From Choristocarpus tenellus KU-1152 (taxonomy: Eukaryota > Protista > Phaeophyceae): 33,488 bases of DNA. Shown in pieces: positions 1 through 12,000 of the stretch. The notes below the pieces were generated by a model. It made no database searches and was not told where the DNA came from. It was given only the letters and a program-made list of their open reading frames with translations. Made by a program: the position numbers and the translations under genes. The first letter of the stretch is position 1, and each line of letters starts with the position of its first letter. Location: assembly GCA_964200185.2 (NCBI GenBank), contig CAXNAD020000062.1, forward strand, positions 1 through 33,488, read 5' to 3'.

Positions 1-41
1 GGGTTGTCTTCTTGTGTATCAACTTTGTCACACACATCCAC
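1..41 (-). CDS. Exon S (partial, runs off window): VDVCDKVDTQEDN...
   Basis: Acceptor ctctcatccctcag|GTG. Phase 0 matches exon R and the frame is open to the window edge. Confidence 0.7.
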   Translation of the reverse strand, partial: MDVCDKVDTQEDN

Positions 42-3000
42 CTGAGGGATGAGAGCTAGATTCTATCAGTAATTAATTGATCCCTGTTACCATACATGGG
101 ATTGTGTCTCACTGGCATCTTCTTGTCAAGTCATTTTGTTGAGCACAACTGATAAAAGAACTATTGAGGAATGCTGAGTACACTCTGCACACAATCACAG
201 TCTCCCAAAAATTCATAAAGTCCACTTTCATTTGATTCTGTCACACCCATTGGATGAGTCTCATCCAGGAGGTCTGTGTGAAACAGTAAACAAAAACACT
301 CTTCTACCTAGGAATTTTTGATAACGAGACCACATTAAAGCAACATATAACAGTACCTTTTATTATAGCTATTTTGAAGAAGGCGTGCAGCGTAAGATTC
401 CCTATGGAGATACAGCGTACATATGGTTTATATTCCAGAGCATGATTACACCATTGTATCTACGGAAGAATCAAGTACTCCAGAAAATGCACTCCAAATT
501 CGGTCTGCCTCTCAAGTTTTTTGTGCTTCATCTGCTGTGACAAGAAGGTGCTTTGAACTATGAAGTATGGTGTTACATTTTACTCCAGAGTACTTGTAAT
601 ACTTGATGTAGTCATCCTTCCCAACCTATGAAAACTAGTTTCTCTCTGATGTAGACATTGTGTCATTGGAAGGTTAGTTATTTGTAGTATATATCTACAC
701 AGGAATACCACACTTCCTCAAATCCTATGCTCCTGCACTGCTCATAAAGTGGAAAAGTTCTACAGCCTACAGCACGTGGTTGAAGAGCTGATTGGTGGGT
801 ACATACCATCAAGGGAGTCTGAAAAAATGTTGTAATTGATTGCATCAACTCTTGTGTGGTGCTTATTGCTTTCCTATGGCATAGAATATCTCACCTCCTC
901 AATCACACATTCCAGCAGCTCAGATGCACCCACCAGGCTGGTCGTTTTCCTTGGGCAATTTACATCAGGTGATGATCCTGTTGTGGTACCATCAGGACAG
1001 TAGTACCCCACTGGGCACTTGTTCTGCAAAAATTGAGGTTGGTAGGCAGCAGATGTATATTTTGTGTTGGCAATTTACATCAGGTGATGATCCTGTTGTG
1101 GTACCATCAGGACAGTAGTACCCCACTGGGCACTTGTTCTGCAAAAATTGAGGTTGGTAGGCAGCAGATGTATATTTTGTGTTCAATAGTAACCTCACGA
1201 AGACCAGGGATCGCCAATGCACTGAATTGATATACTGCAAAATCAAGATAATCTAACATGATTACAGCACCCCATTTTTCACTCTGCATGTAGATTTGCT
1301 GCAGCCCAGCAAACTTACAGTATTCGGATTTTCATGTTTTCAACCCCACTCAGCATGAAAAAAGGACCGCCTCCATAATGGAGATCAGAGCCTGGGGCCT
1401 ATAGAGCATCAGTTGAAGGCACCTATGGCATGGTACACTATGTACAGTAGTTTGAAGACAGTATTGCTTCTAAGGAAATATTTCAAGCACATGCAAAGAA
1501 CAAGATGAAAGTGCCCAAGGTTTTAGAGTGCACCTGTGTTGCCAAGTAGTTGGGTGTTCCACTTGTGCAGTAGTAGCCACTCTCACATACACTCAAATAC
1601 TGATTCTTGGACTCAGTTCCCGCAGAACAAGAGAAACCAGCAGGGCACTTGTGGGAGAACTGATTGGAACGATCTGACCCGCACCCACAATTGTATCCTG
1701 CTGGACACACCTTCAATAGGAATATAGATATTGATTTTATATAAATGCAAGTGTGGTGCAATTTTTTTAATACATATTATATTCAGCACTCCATACTAAC
1801 CAAGGTAAGGTGATGCCATACTCACATTACTCTCTGTAAGGTTCACCATGGCCTGTGTTCCACATATTCGTCCAGGTGGACATGGGAGGCAAAAGGACAT
1901 GTCGGTTACACCCATTGATGAAGAGAATGTTCCTGTTGGGCATGGTCGGCAAGTTACAGAATCCGACAAAGATCGATAGTGCCCAGGCTCACACACAGTA
2001 GGCTCGTATGTTCCATATGATGGGCATGTATAGCCAGCAGGGCACACTCGACACTCATTTGCACCTGTGAGTGGGGCATAAGTGCCTGGAAAGCAAAGCA
2101 TGGGCACTACTGATCCCTCATCTGACGCAAAGTTTCCGATTGGAGTTTCAATCGGATAGCCAACCCCAGGAGGGCAATAGTGCCCTCTATAGCATTGACC
2201 GGAACCTGAGGGTGAAACTGATGCTTGCTCACAGTAAGTGCCTTCTGTGCATATTTGTGGTGCTGAAATACCTTCTGGTATTGAAGAAACCCAGTTTATG
2301 GTCAAGTTGTGTGCCACTCCACCAAGGCAAAATGTCCCTGCTGGGCAAGGGAGTGGTCTCTTGTCAGTAGGGTCAGCTGGGTTGAGAGTGTAGGTTCCTT
2401 CCTGGCAGTAGTATCCAGGTGGGCAAAGCAGAATGGGGGCAGAGAGTCCCTGGGCGACACAAACAAAGCCTGCAGGACACAACTCTGGATAGATCGTTCC
2501 CCATCCAGGGCAAATATGTCCTGTATCACATAGAGTGCAGTTGGATTGTGCCACTTGCATGTTGTAGGAGCCTGGACTGCATTCTCTGGGCTTTGTGTTG
2601 GCCACACCTGGACAGTATTGGCCTTGTGGACATGCCACTGCTGCAAAAGGGGTAGGACAGAAGTATCCTGTAGGGCAAGGCCCTGAACCCTCAGGAGTGG
2701 ATGATCCACGGGGGCAAAAGAATCCATCAAAGCAGCGTTGTGGTGTACTGAAGTTCTTAGGGAGGGGCACACTACTGCTAACGCCTTGTCCACAATAGTA
2801 CCCAAGGGGACAAGTAATTGGTTGCTCTGCTAGTACAAGGGTAGTTGGTGGGTGTTCAAATCTAACAGAACCTGTAGCCGGTCTATCACGGGAATGATAG
2901 ATCCATCTAGAAGTCCATGACGAAGTGTTGGCAAAGGCTGCACCAGTCTCCAGAATCTCTATCCAATGTAAGCTGTCAGAAGAGTTGGATATACCGACAG

Positions 3001-6000
3001 CATGCTGAGTTTTGACACCGTGAGGGCAGAAATGACCCTTGGGACACTGTGATGCAGGTTGTCGTAGCCCAGTCTCATGGCATACAGAGCCAGCAGTGCA
3101 GATAATAGGTGTAGTGAGGCCAAAATCTGTAGTGAAAGATTGGATGGCGAAAAAGATCAAAGAAGAGTATGAATATCTTTGCCAATAAGAGTACAAGTAG
3201 TAATATCAACTTTCAAGGCCCTTTCCCTCAGGGGTTGTGGGTGGTAAGTTTTTGAGAGTTTCCTCCCAATACCATAATCTTGTATCCACACATCACAAGC
3301 AGCAAGTGGAACCTAGGTTCCCTCCTCCTCCTTCTGGTTTGATTTCTTCAAAAGAGTATGACTTGTACGTTTCTCATCAGGCATAAATTAGAGCTGTGGA
3401 TGACCTCAAGAAAAAATAAACAACAAAACCAACAATTTCCTTCTCCAACTTTCCTGTCAAGAGGGAAGCAAAAGATCAACTTAGGTATGTTCAATATTGT
3501 TGGGACCAGTATTGGCTTTGTTGCTACCTATGGTGGAGATCATTTGCTGATGACAATGCCTATTTAGGGTCAAAGGCTAAGATAGATGTAGTAGCTTCAC
3601 GTTGGTGTCTTGGTGTGTGTGCGTGTGTAGAGCTTTCCCGCACCCAACTTGGCAAGGTATTGCATCATAATGCACTGAAGGTGAAATTTTCACATGTTGC
3701 TGCCAAGGCGTTACACCACATAGAATGTGCAATGAGCAAGCAGTATGTAAAGATGTAAGGTTCAAGTTCTTGCCTGGACACATGTACCCGACTGGGCAGG
3801 GCAGGCACTGCACAGCCCCCAATGACGGTTGGAAGCCCCCTGGCTTACACAAAGTGAAGTTTGATGTACCAATTTCAGAACAGAAAGTTCCACTAGGGCA
3901 GGAAATAGGCAAGAGGTGTGGGGAGAATGTTCCTGCCCTGTGTCCCCGGATGTATTTTATTGTCTTTCCATTGTTGGTATGGTCGATACCATTAACTGTC
4001 ACCTCAAGAGAAAAACTTCCAAGGTTAGACCATAGACGGGGCTGTGCTGAGTGGGATGGTGCCATACACAATGCAACCGTTGACATGACAAATACTCCCT
4101 TCACACTAACACCTCCAAAACGGCAAGCAAGGGCTGAGGTATTCACAAAGTTTGACCCAGTCACAAAGACAGGTACTTGTCCTGTCTCCAAAACTTCAGT
4201 GGGTTGCAATCCATCCACTGATGGGTCTTTGATATACAAAAATTGTATACTATTCATTGAGTAGTCAACACCATTATTTGTCACATCCACCGAGACCAGC
4301 CCAGGAGGATGTTTGGGTGTCTTGCACAGGATTGTGCTTGGTGATATCCAGGTGACTGCAGTAGCAGAAACCTCCCCAAATTTGCATGTCAGCTCAGAAG
4401 ATTCATTGAAACCAGTCCCACTGACTGTTACAACAGTCCCCCCCCTTGAAGCTGGCCCCATCAAAGGCCAAACACTGGTAACTGCAACAGGGGGGTGGTA
4501 GGTATATTCCACACCAGAAAGAGTATAGTCAGCCCCATTTGCACTAACCTCAACTGGCACCACACCTGCCTTGCTTGGGGGTGCCACACAGAGCAATTCA
4601 TTGTGGCTGAGATATCTAGCCATGACCACTTCAGTGCCAAATTTGCAAGTTGCTGCAGGTGTGTTCAGGAAATTAATGCCAGTTAGTAGGACCTCACTTC
4701 CACCCCTGGATGGGCCCTGTGTAGGACTTAGCACTAAGATTTCCATTCTGCTGTCATAGGTGAAGGTTGCCAAACTGGTCGAAAAACTGACACCATTGCT
4801 GGTCACCTGTGAGATAGATCGTTCTGTTAGGAGCACTTGGAGACATAGGGATAGTAAATCGCATTTTAAAAAAAAATCCACAGTCAAACAATAATTGCAA
4901 TACTTTGATCATGAGGAAGGAGAGTACATGCCTGCTTCAGGAATTCAAGCAAAAAAACAGTATCAGACTCACTGAACATGATTGTGGGATGGTTAGACTC
5001 ATAACAATTTTAATCAAGGTGTCCACATCCAGTAGCTATTCCTTCAAACATTGTCTCTACCTCCACATACACCACAGTTATAGATCCCTCTTGCTGTGGT
5101 GACCAGCAAACCACTTCTGTTGATGTTTGATACACCCCTGGCACCACAATGTCTCCAAATTGACAGGCAAGGGATGAAGAATTGATAAAGTGGTCACCAT
5201 GAATAGTAACCATGGTTGAACCTTCTGCAGGACCATGAAGAGGCGAAATTTCACGAATAGAAATGTCATGATGAAACGTGAATTCCATACCACCTCTGGA
5301 AAATTCAACTCCATCATTGGAGACCTCAAAAAGAACCGTAGCTGGGACATGGCGAGGGGTCACACACTGCATAGTATTCCTTGTGACCATCAGGGCTTGG
5401 ACCAGCACTCCCCCAAAAGAGCAAGTAGATGCTCTACTGCTAACAAACCTTTCCCCAGTTAATGTGATTGTACTACCTCCTGAACTTGGTGCCCCATTGG
5501 GCTGGAAATGACTAATCACAGGCACCGGGGCAATCTGTTTACTCATGCCATGAAGTCCAAGGTTGAAAGTAGTAGCCTGGGAATTAGCAGTCAATCCACT
5601 GCGACTGAATGTTGCACTGGTTGGATGAGAACACCTGGTCGTACTGTCCATATATGCATCTCCCACAGATGCTGGAAAATCACCTCTGTCAAGGACACAG
5701 TCCAATTCAAGAAATTCACCTGAACTGTAGTTGGCATGAAAGGGTGGAAGTTTCCCAACACTAGTTGAGGTAACACCCCAAGCAGTCACATTACCAGATG
5801 AGGTTGCTGGGTTGTAATAGTTTTGGTATGTGAAGGTGGCATCTGGTCCATCTACAACTTGGTCGTTCAATGTGAGTGAGAGTTTCACTTCTCCTTCCTG
5901 ATGTCTGATTGCTGGTGGACTAACGCAAAAGAGCTGCGTGTGTGACACAGTTCTGGCTGCAACAGATCTAGAGCCAAACAAACAGCGCATATTCTGCTGC

Positions 6001-9000
6001 AGTGAAGATCCGAAAATGGCAACAACTGTACCACCATTTAGTGATCCCTGGGCAGGAGATATAAATGATATGACAGCTAATGGAAGGTAAGAAAATGTAA
6101 GCCCACTTGAGGTGTAGTCTACACCATTGATGGTGATGTCAAGGAGAACTGTCAATTCTTCTAATGATCCACTTATCCACTCTGGAGTGATGCATGTCAG
6201 ACTAGAGCTGGACAGGAACTGTGCGGCTGATATGGCAACAGTACCAGTGAGGGGGTCAGTGAATCTGCAGGTAAGGGCCTCAGATGACATATAGCTTTGA
6301 CCAGACACATAAACTTTTGTGCCACCTGATTGGAATCCCCGTGAAGGAAGGACTGAGACAATTGAAGGGGGGTCGATATACATAAATTCAAAGTCTGTGA
6401 CTGTGCTTGTTGGTGATATGGTATTAATTAATTCAAGGGTCACCTTGCCCGTCCTCAACCCAGGTGAAGTAGGGGTGATGCACTTAAAGGTATCAGATGA
6501 AACCTGGGTGACTTGTGCAGTGACCTCCCCAAACTCCGAAGTGAACACACACTCCAGAGAAAGCCTGTCTGCCAAATCAAGTCCTCGTGCTGTCAAGACT
6601 GTGCCACCATAAACAGTTCCCTCATGCGGGGTTAAACTAACATTCAGTGCCTTTTTTGAATACATGAATGGTACACCTGTGGGTGAAAAGTTTGTTCCAT
6701 CCATTGCAACAGATAGCACCACGACATGATCTTGGCTGGCTGGGGGAGGGCACTGAATTGCAGTTTCATTGATGAATGTGCCAATTACATTGTATTCTCC
6801 AAAACGACATATTAGACCAGGTGATGGCCAGAATCCATGTCCATGAACAGTAACAATTTCACCATTTTGATCACCAAGGCCCAGAGATGCTGAGTTCACA
6901 TGAACTGAAGCACTAAATGTGAAATTGGCTGAGGTGTGAAATGCATGCAATACTCCACCAAATACAATTGTAGCAGAGACCTGGCCTGGCATGCGCATTG
7001 GTGTAGAGCATGTAACTGCTTGGGAGGAGATGTATTTGGCAGGGACAATGAAGGCGCCAAACTGGCACTCTAAGCCAACGATGTTGCTGAAATTTTCTCC
7101 AGATATCAGCACAGAGGTTCCACCCCGTTCACTACCGTATGATGGTTCCACTGAGATCACAGTTGAAGGAACCAGGTACAAAAACTCGGAGGCTGAAGCA
7201 CCTACATCGATCCCATTTTCCCCAACAAGGGATACAAGTGTGGCAGTCCTTCCAGAGAGAATTGAGACCTTTTCTAACGGAGGAGATGAGCATATTACTA
7301 CCATATTGGGACCATCAACAAGAAGTGGAACTTGCTCATACCCCCCAAACGAGCATAGCAGTTGGTAATGCAATGCATATAATTCGATGTTTTTCACTTT
7401 GAGAGTGATTGCAGCTCCTCCTGTTGTCCATCCCATAATTGGGTCAATATCGGTAACTTGAATACCTGGGAGGTACTCAAATAAAGGACCTGGATCACTG
7501 AATATATTACCATCCATGCGGATACTAACAGGGAGGCTACCTACAGGAGCTGGTGGGGAAGTACACAAAATGGTATGAATGTCCACAAACGCAGCTGGCA
7601 CCTCAGCTGAACCAAATATACAGGAGATTTGTCCAGTAAGGTGGAAGTTGTTTCCTCTTACTCGCACAGGTGTCCCGCCGGATGTACAACCCTTGGGTGG
7701 CAACAACATGGTCACTTGGACTTGTGACTCATATGTGAATTCAACCAGCCCTGGAATACTAGTGCTACCAACTTTCAACCCAACTTGAACAGTTCCTGGA
7801 TGGTGTGGTGGTGTGTCACACACAACCTCCTGCTCAGAAATCCACCTTGCTGATGATGTAGCTACCCTCTTGTTCATGATCTCCTTATGGTCCAAATTGA
7901 GGGCAACAAAAGTGCAAGAAATGTTTCCACTGGGGCGAAATCCAATGCCATGAATGTGCAGTTTGGTTCCTCCAACTTCATTCCCTCGCTCAGGATTCAA
8001 GGTAACAACAGATCCAACTGAGTAATAGGTGAAGCTGAGGCCAGTGGGAATGAAGCTTGTGCCGTTAATGCTGATCTTAACACTCGCCTGAACTTGCTCC
8101 CTGGAAGATTGCCACTCAGGAGATTGACAAATAACACCAATTACCCGTTTGGGATTGACAAGCACTTCTGCAACAACATCAGCATAGATACCACCCTCAG
8201 CAAATCTGCAAATTGCAGAAGAGTGAACTGATTTTGTCCGGGTAACATTCCCCTCACTGATATGCCCAAAGCCCAAGAACACCTTGGTACCTCCAGCAAA
8301 TTCACCAGATGATGGTTTCATTGATATTGGAATATCATTGGAGTATGAATATGTAGCTGACTCGTCCGGAGTGGTTGTCCCATATGCCAAGACACGAACA
8401 TGGACAACATCTGCATCATTCCGAGGTGGTGCAGTACACAAAACTGCATTGCAAAGTTGCATATGGTTTGCTGGATCCAGAAGACATTCCTCTGTCGGTA
8501 GTCTGATAGTGTTGCCAGGCACAGGTACATCCCCAAACATGCACTGTGTGTCTCCACTACTCAAGACTTCTCTGACATCTGGAGCTTGTCCAGATAAGAT
8601 TACTTTGACTGGGGTGCCACCAAAAACATTCCCATGAGGAGGAGTTACTTCAACTATTGATAGTCTTTGCCGAATCTCAATAATAGTTACGGAATCCGAC
8701 AGATCTACACCATTAGTTGTAACAGTCACCAAGACTGGGTTGCTCTTCAGAGTAAGGCCAATAGGGGCTTGGCACTGCAGCATATCCATCGACATCCACC
8801 TTGTGCTCAGCCCATATTCTCCATTGAACAAACATCCTAGATTTGGATCATCATAAAAGTTCTCACCAAAAACTGTAACCCATGCAGGCTCATTGCTAGC
8901 AATTGCTTGAGGTGTTAAGCCAGTCACCTTGGGACTAAGTAAGTACCTGAATGGACTGCCATTAACTGACTCCAGCACGATACCATCAATGCTAACAGTG

Positions 9001-12000
9001 ACTGGGAGTAGTGAAGGTACAGAGGTGGGTGGAGCTGTGCATCTGATTTCTGTCGGAGATAGACAGGTCACTAATGAGGACGGGTTATTCCCAAAACTGC
9101 ATGCCATGACTCTTGAGCAAGAGAAACCAGAGCCAGATACTGCAACCACTGTACCTCCTGCCACGGGCCCTTGATTGGGATGTAAGGTGTGTACTTCTCC
9201 ATGGATGAAGGTGAAGGAGGCGTGGGTTGTGGTAAAATATTTTCCGTTCATTGACACCTGTATGCCCACAGTCCCCTCTGTGCTGGGCGGTGTGATGCAT
9301 TGTAGAGCTGTATCATTTAGAATCTGAGCCATCACATCTCCAGCATGACCAAAGCGACAAATAGCATTTGCAGAGCGCACAAAATTGGTCCCATGAATTG
9401 TAACCAAAGCTCCTCCCCTCGTCATCCCAATCGAAGGAGTGGACAAGTGTAGTGCAATGTCCGTTTTTGGTACATACTCAAACTGTATCATTTGTGAACT
9501 GTACTGTTGCTGATTGAGAGTCACAGCAACGATTTTTGACTGTGGCAAGTCTGAAGGAGGAACAATGCATTGTATAGTTCCTGATGACAGCCATCGTGCC
9601 AACACCACACGTTCTCCAAAGCGACATGCCAATTCAGGCACATCCTTAAACCTAAGGCCTGCCACAGTCACTTCCATGCCACCTTGCTCACTACCAAGTG
9701 ATGGTGTCATCCCAGTAATGACTGGTGGGAGCACAAATTCCATATTTCCAGGAGTTCCAAAGTCTATGCCGTTGTTGGTTACATCAACGTGCATGTACCC
9801 CGGCACCTCAGTTGTCAGTTCACAGAGCACAGTTTTAGTGGACAAAAATTTTGCCTTCATGAGAGGACCAGCACCCAATCTGCAAGCCAAGAACGAAGTG
9901 TTTATAAACCCAAATCCACTGATAGTCGTGTTTAAGACTGAGCCTGAGTGTCCTAGTGATGGTGACACTTCTACAACTACGGGACGATCAATGTATGAAA
10001 AGTGAAAGGGAGTAGAATTGAGCACTTTCTGACTTATTGAGGACAAGGAGAAGTTCACTCTTCCAGTCAATGTTGGTGGTGGTGAAGAGCAGAACAGCAA
10101 TTTGCTGGACATCACAGCTGCTGTTGTGGTTTTCGTTCCAAAATGACACTCCATGGTATTATCAAGGATGAAATTTCGGCCTATGACAGTGACTGATGTG
10201 CCACCAGTGTTTGGACCATTGTCAGGGCTAATTGAATCTATGGAAATTGATCCCAGGAACGGAATCTGGATTGTCCTCTCCATGAACTGCTTGGTGTTGT
10301 TTACAGCGTTGACCTCTCCATGAAGTGGGAGAATTGATGGTACGTAAGAGAAAGTAGGTATTTCTTGTTCACCAGGTGGATATTCTAGGACACCATTGGT
10401 AACTGTCAGCAAAACGCTCCCCCCCACATGAGGGGGAGACTGACACACTAGCTTGTTTGGAGACCTACGAGTAGCCAAAACCACCTCTTGCCCAAACCTG
10501 CATGTTATACCCTCTCCAGCATCAATGAAGTCAAAGCCTGTCACAGTGATAAGTGTCCCCCCAGAAAGAGGACCTGACTTCGGTGTTATTCCAGTTACAA
10601 GAGGAGTAGGAATGTACCGGAAAGTGGGCATATGGCTACCAACTGGAACTGCATTCTTGCCATTAAAGTACATGGTAAAGCTGACATCGTTTGAGGCACC
10701 ATGCCCATTCAGAAGGGGTGGGGTAACACATACAGCATGGTGTGTGTCCACAATAGTGGCACCAACACTGACATTCCCAAAACGACATATTGCTTCACTT
10801 GTGAAGAAAAATGATGCTCCAGCCACCACAACCTCGGTGCCACCAGCTAACCCTCCCATAGTTGGAGTGATGCTGTGAGCAGTGGCAGTGGGCATTGCCT
10901 GGAAGACAATGTTAGAGCCTTCAACATAGTCCACACCGTTCACTGACAGAGTAACATTGGTCTTACCAGGCAAAAGAACAGGTGTGTAACATGAAGTTTC
11001 GTAGTCTGAGATCCACCTTGCAGCTGTGTGTGCTCTGTTGCCATCAGTCACACCAGTAAATCTGCAGGTTAGTGAGGAGGAACTTGGAAATCTCACTCCC
11101 TCCAAACTCAATCGTGTTCCCCCTCTCCAGTCCCCCAGTCGAGGGTGAATGCCTATGAGTTGAGGTTGCATATAGAAGGTGAACGTAAAACGTGCAGCAA
11201 TCTCTGTACCGTTGCCTAAGATGCTAAGCTGGGATGGGCCTGGTGATGGCCACTGTGGAGAGATGCAAGAATAATTTCTTGATTTTGGGGTAACAAGAGC
11301 AGGCACAGTAACATCTCTTCCACTTTCACTTGTAAATAAGCAAGAATCTAGTTGTGACTCAGGTTCAAAACCACCAAATAGGATCCAAGTGCCACCCTCA
11401 AGAGGACCAGACAATGGAGTTGCAGATATTTCACCCCCAACATCTGGAGGTATAAATTCACCCTCATAAGGTAGACACCCTTCATTATAAGCTTCCAGGG
11501 ACAGTGAGAACTTCGCACTGTCACACATATGATTCACACCACCAAGCCATGTCTGTTGACATTGCTCAGAATTTGATTGTGTGCCAAAACATTGTGGTCC
11601 AAAGTAGATAGTGTGTTTATAGTGAAACTCTAGTCCATTCCCATAGAAATCAATGCAATTATTGGATACTTCTAGCAAGAGGCGAGAAAGGCCAATGGTA
11701 GATGGGGGAGTGGTGCACTTTACTGAGCTTGGAGACAGGAAAATAGCTCCTGTTGATAAGTCCCCAAAACGGCAGCAGATCAGAGGGCTATCCTTGAATC
11801 CCTTCCCAGCAATAATAATGTCTTGCCCCCCTGCCTCAGTCCCTGTGGTGGGATTGATGGAGAAAAGCTCAATGGCAGGGAGCACCGTGAATGGTGTTGG
11901 CAAACTCACAGTACTGTCATGTATGCCATACACGTGTAAGTCCAACACGCCATCATTGGCAAACGCAGGGGTCTTACACAAATAAATTGATGTGTGTTTC

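Noticed and set aside
5679-5687. RGD tripeptide in the last spacer (a second RGD lies in IPT unit 5)
   Set aside because: One or two RGDs are expected by chance in >7,000 Gly-rich residues, and there is no further support.
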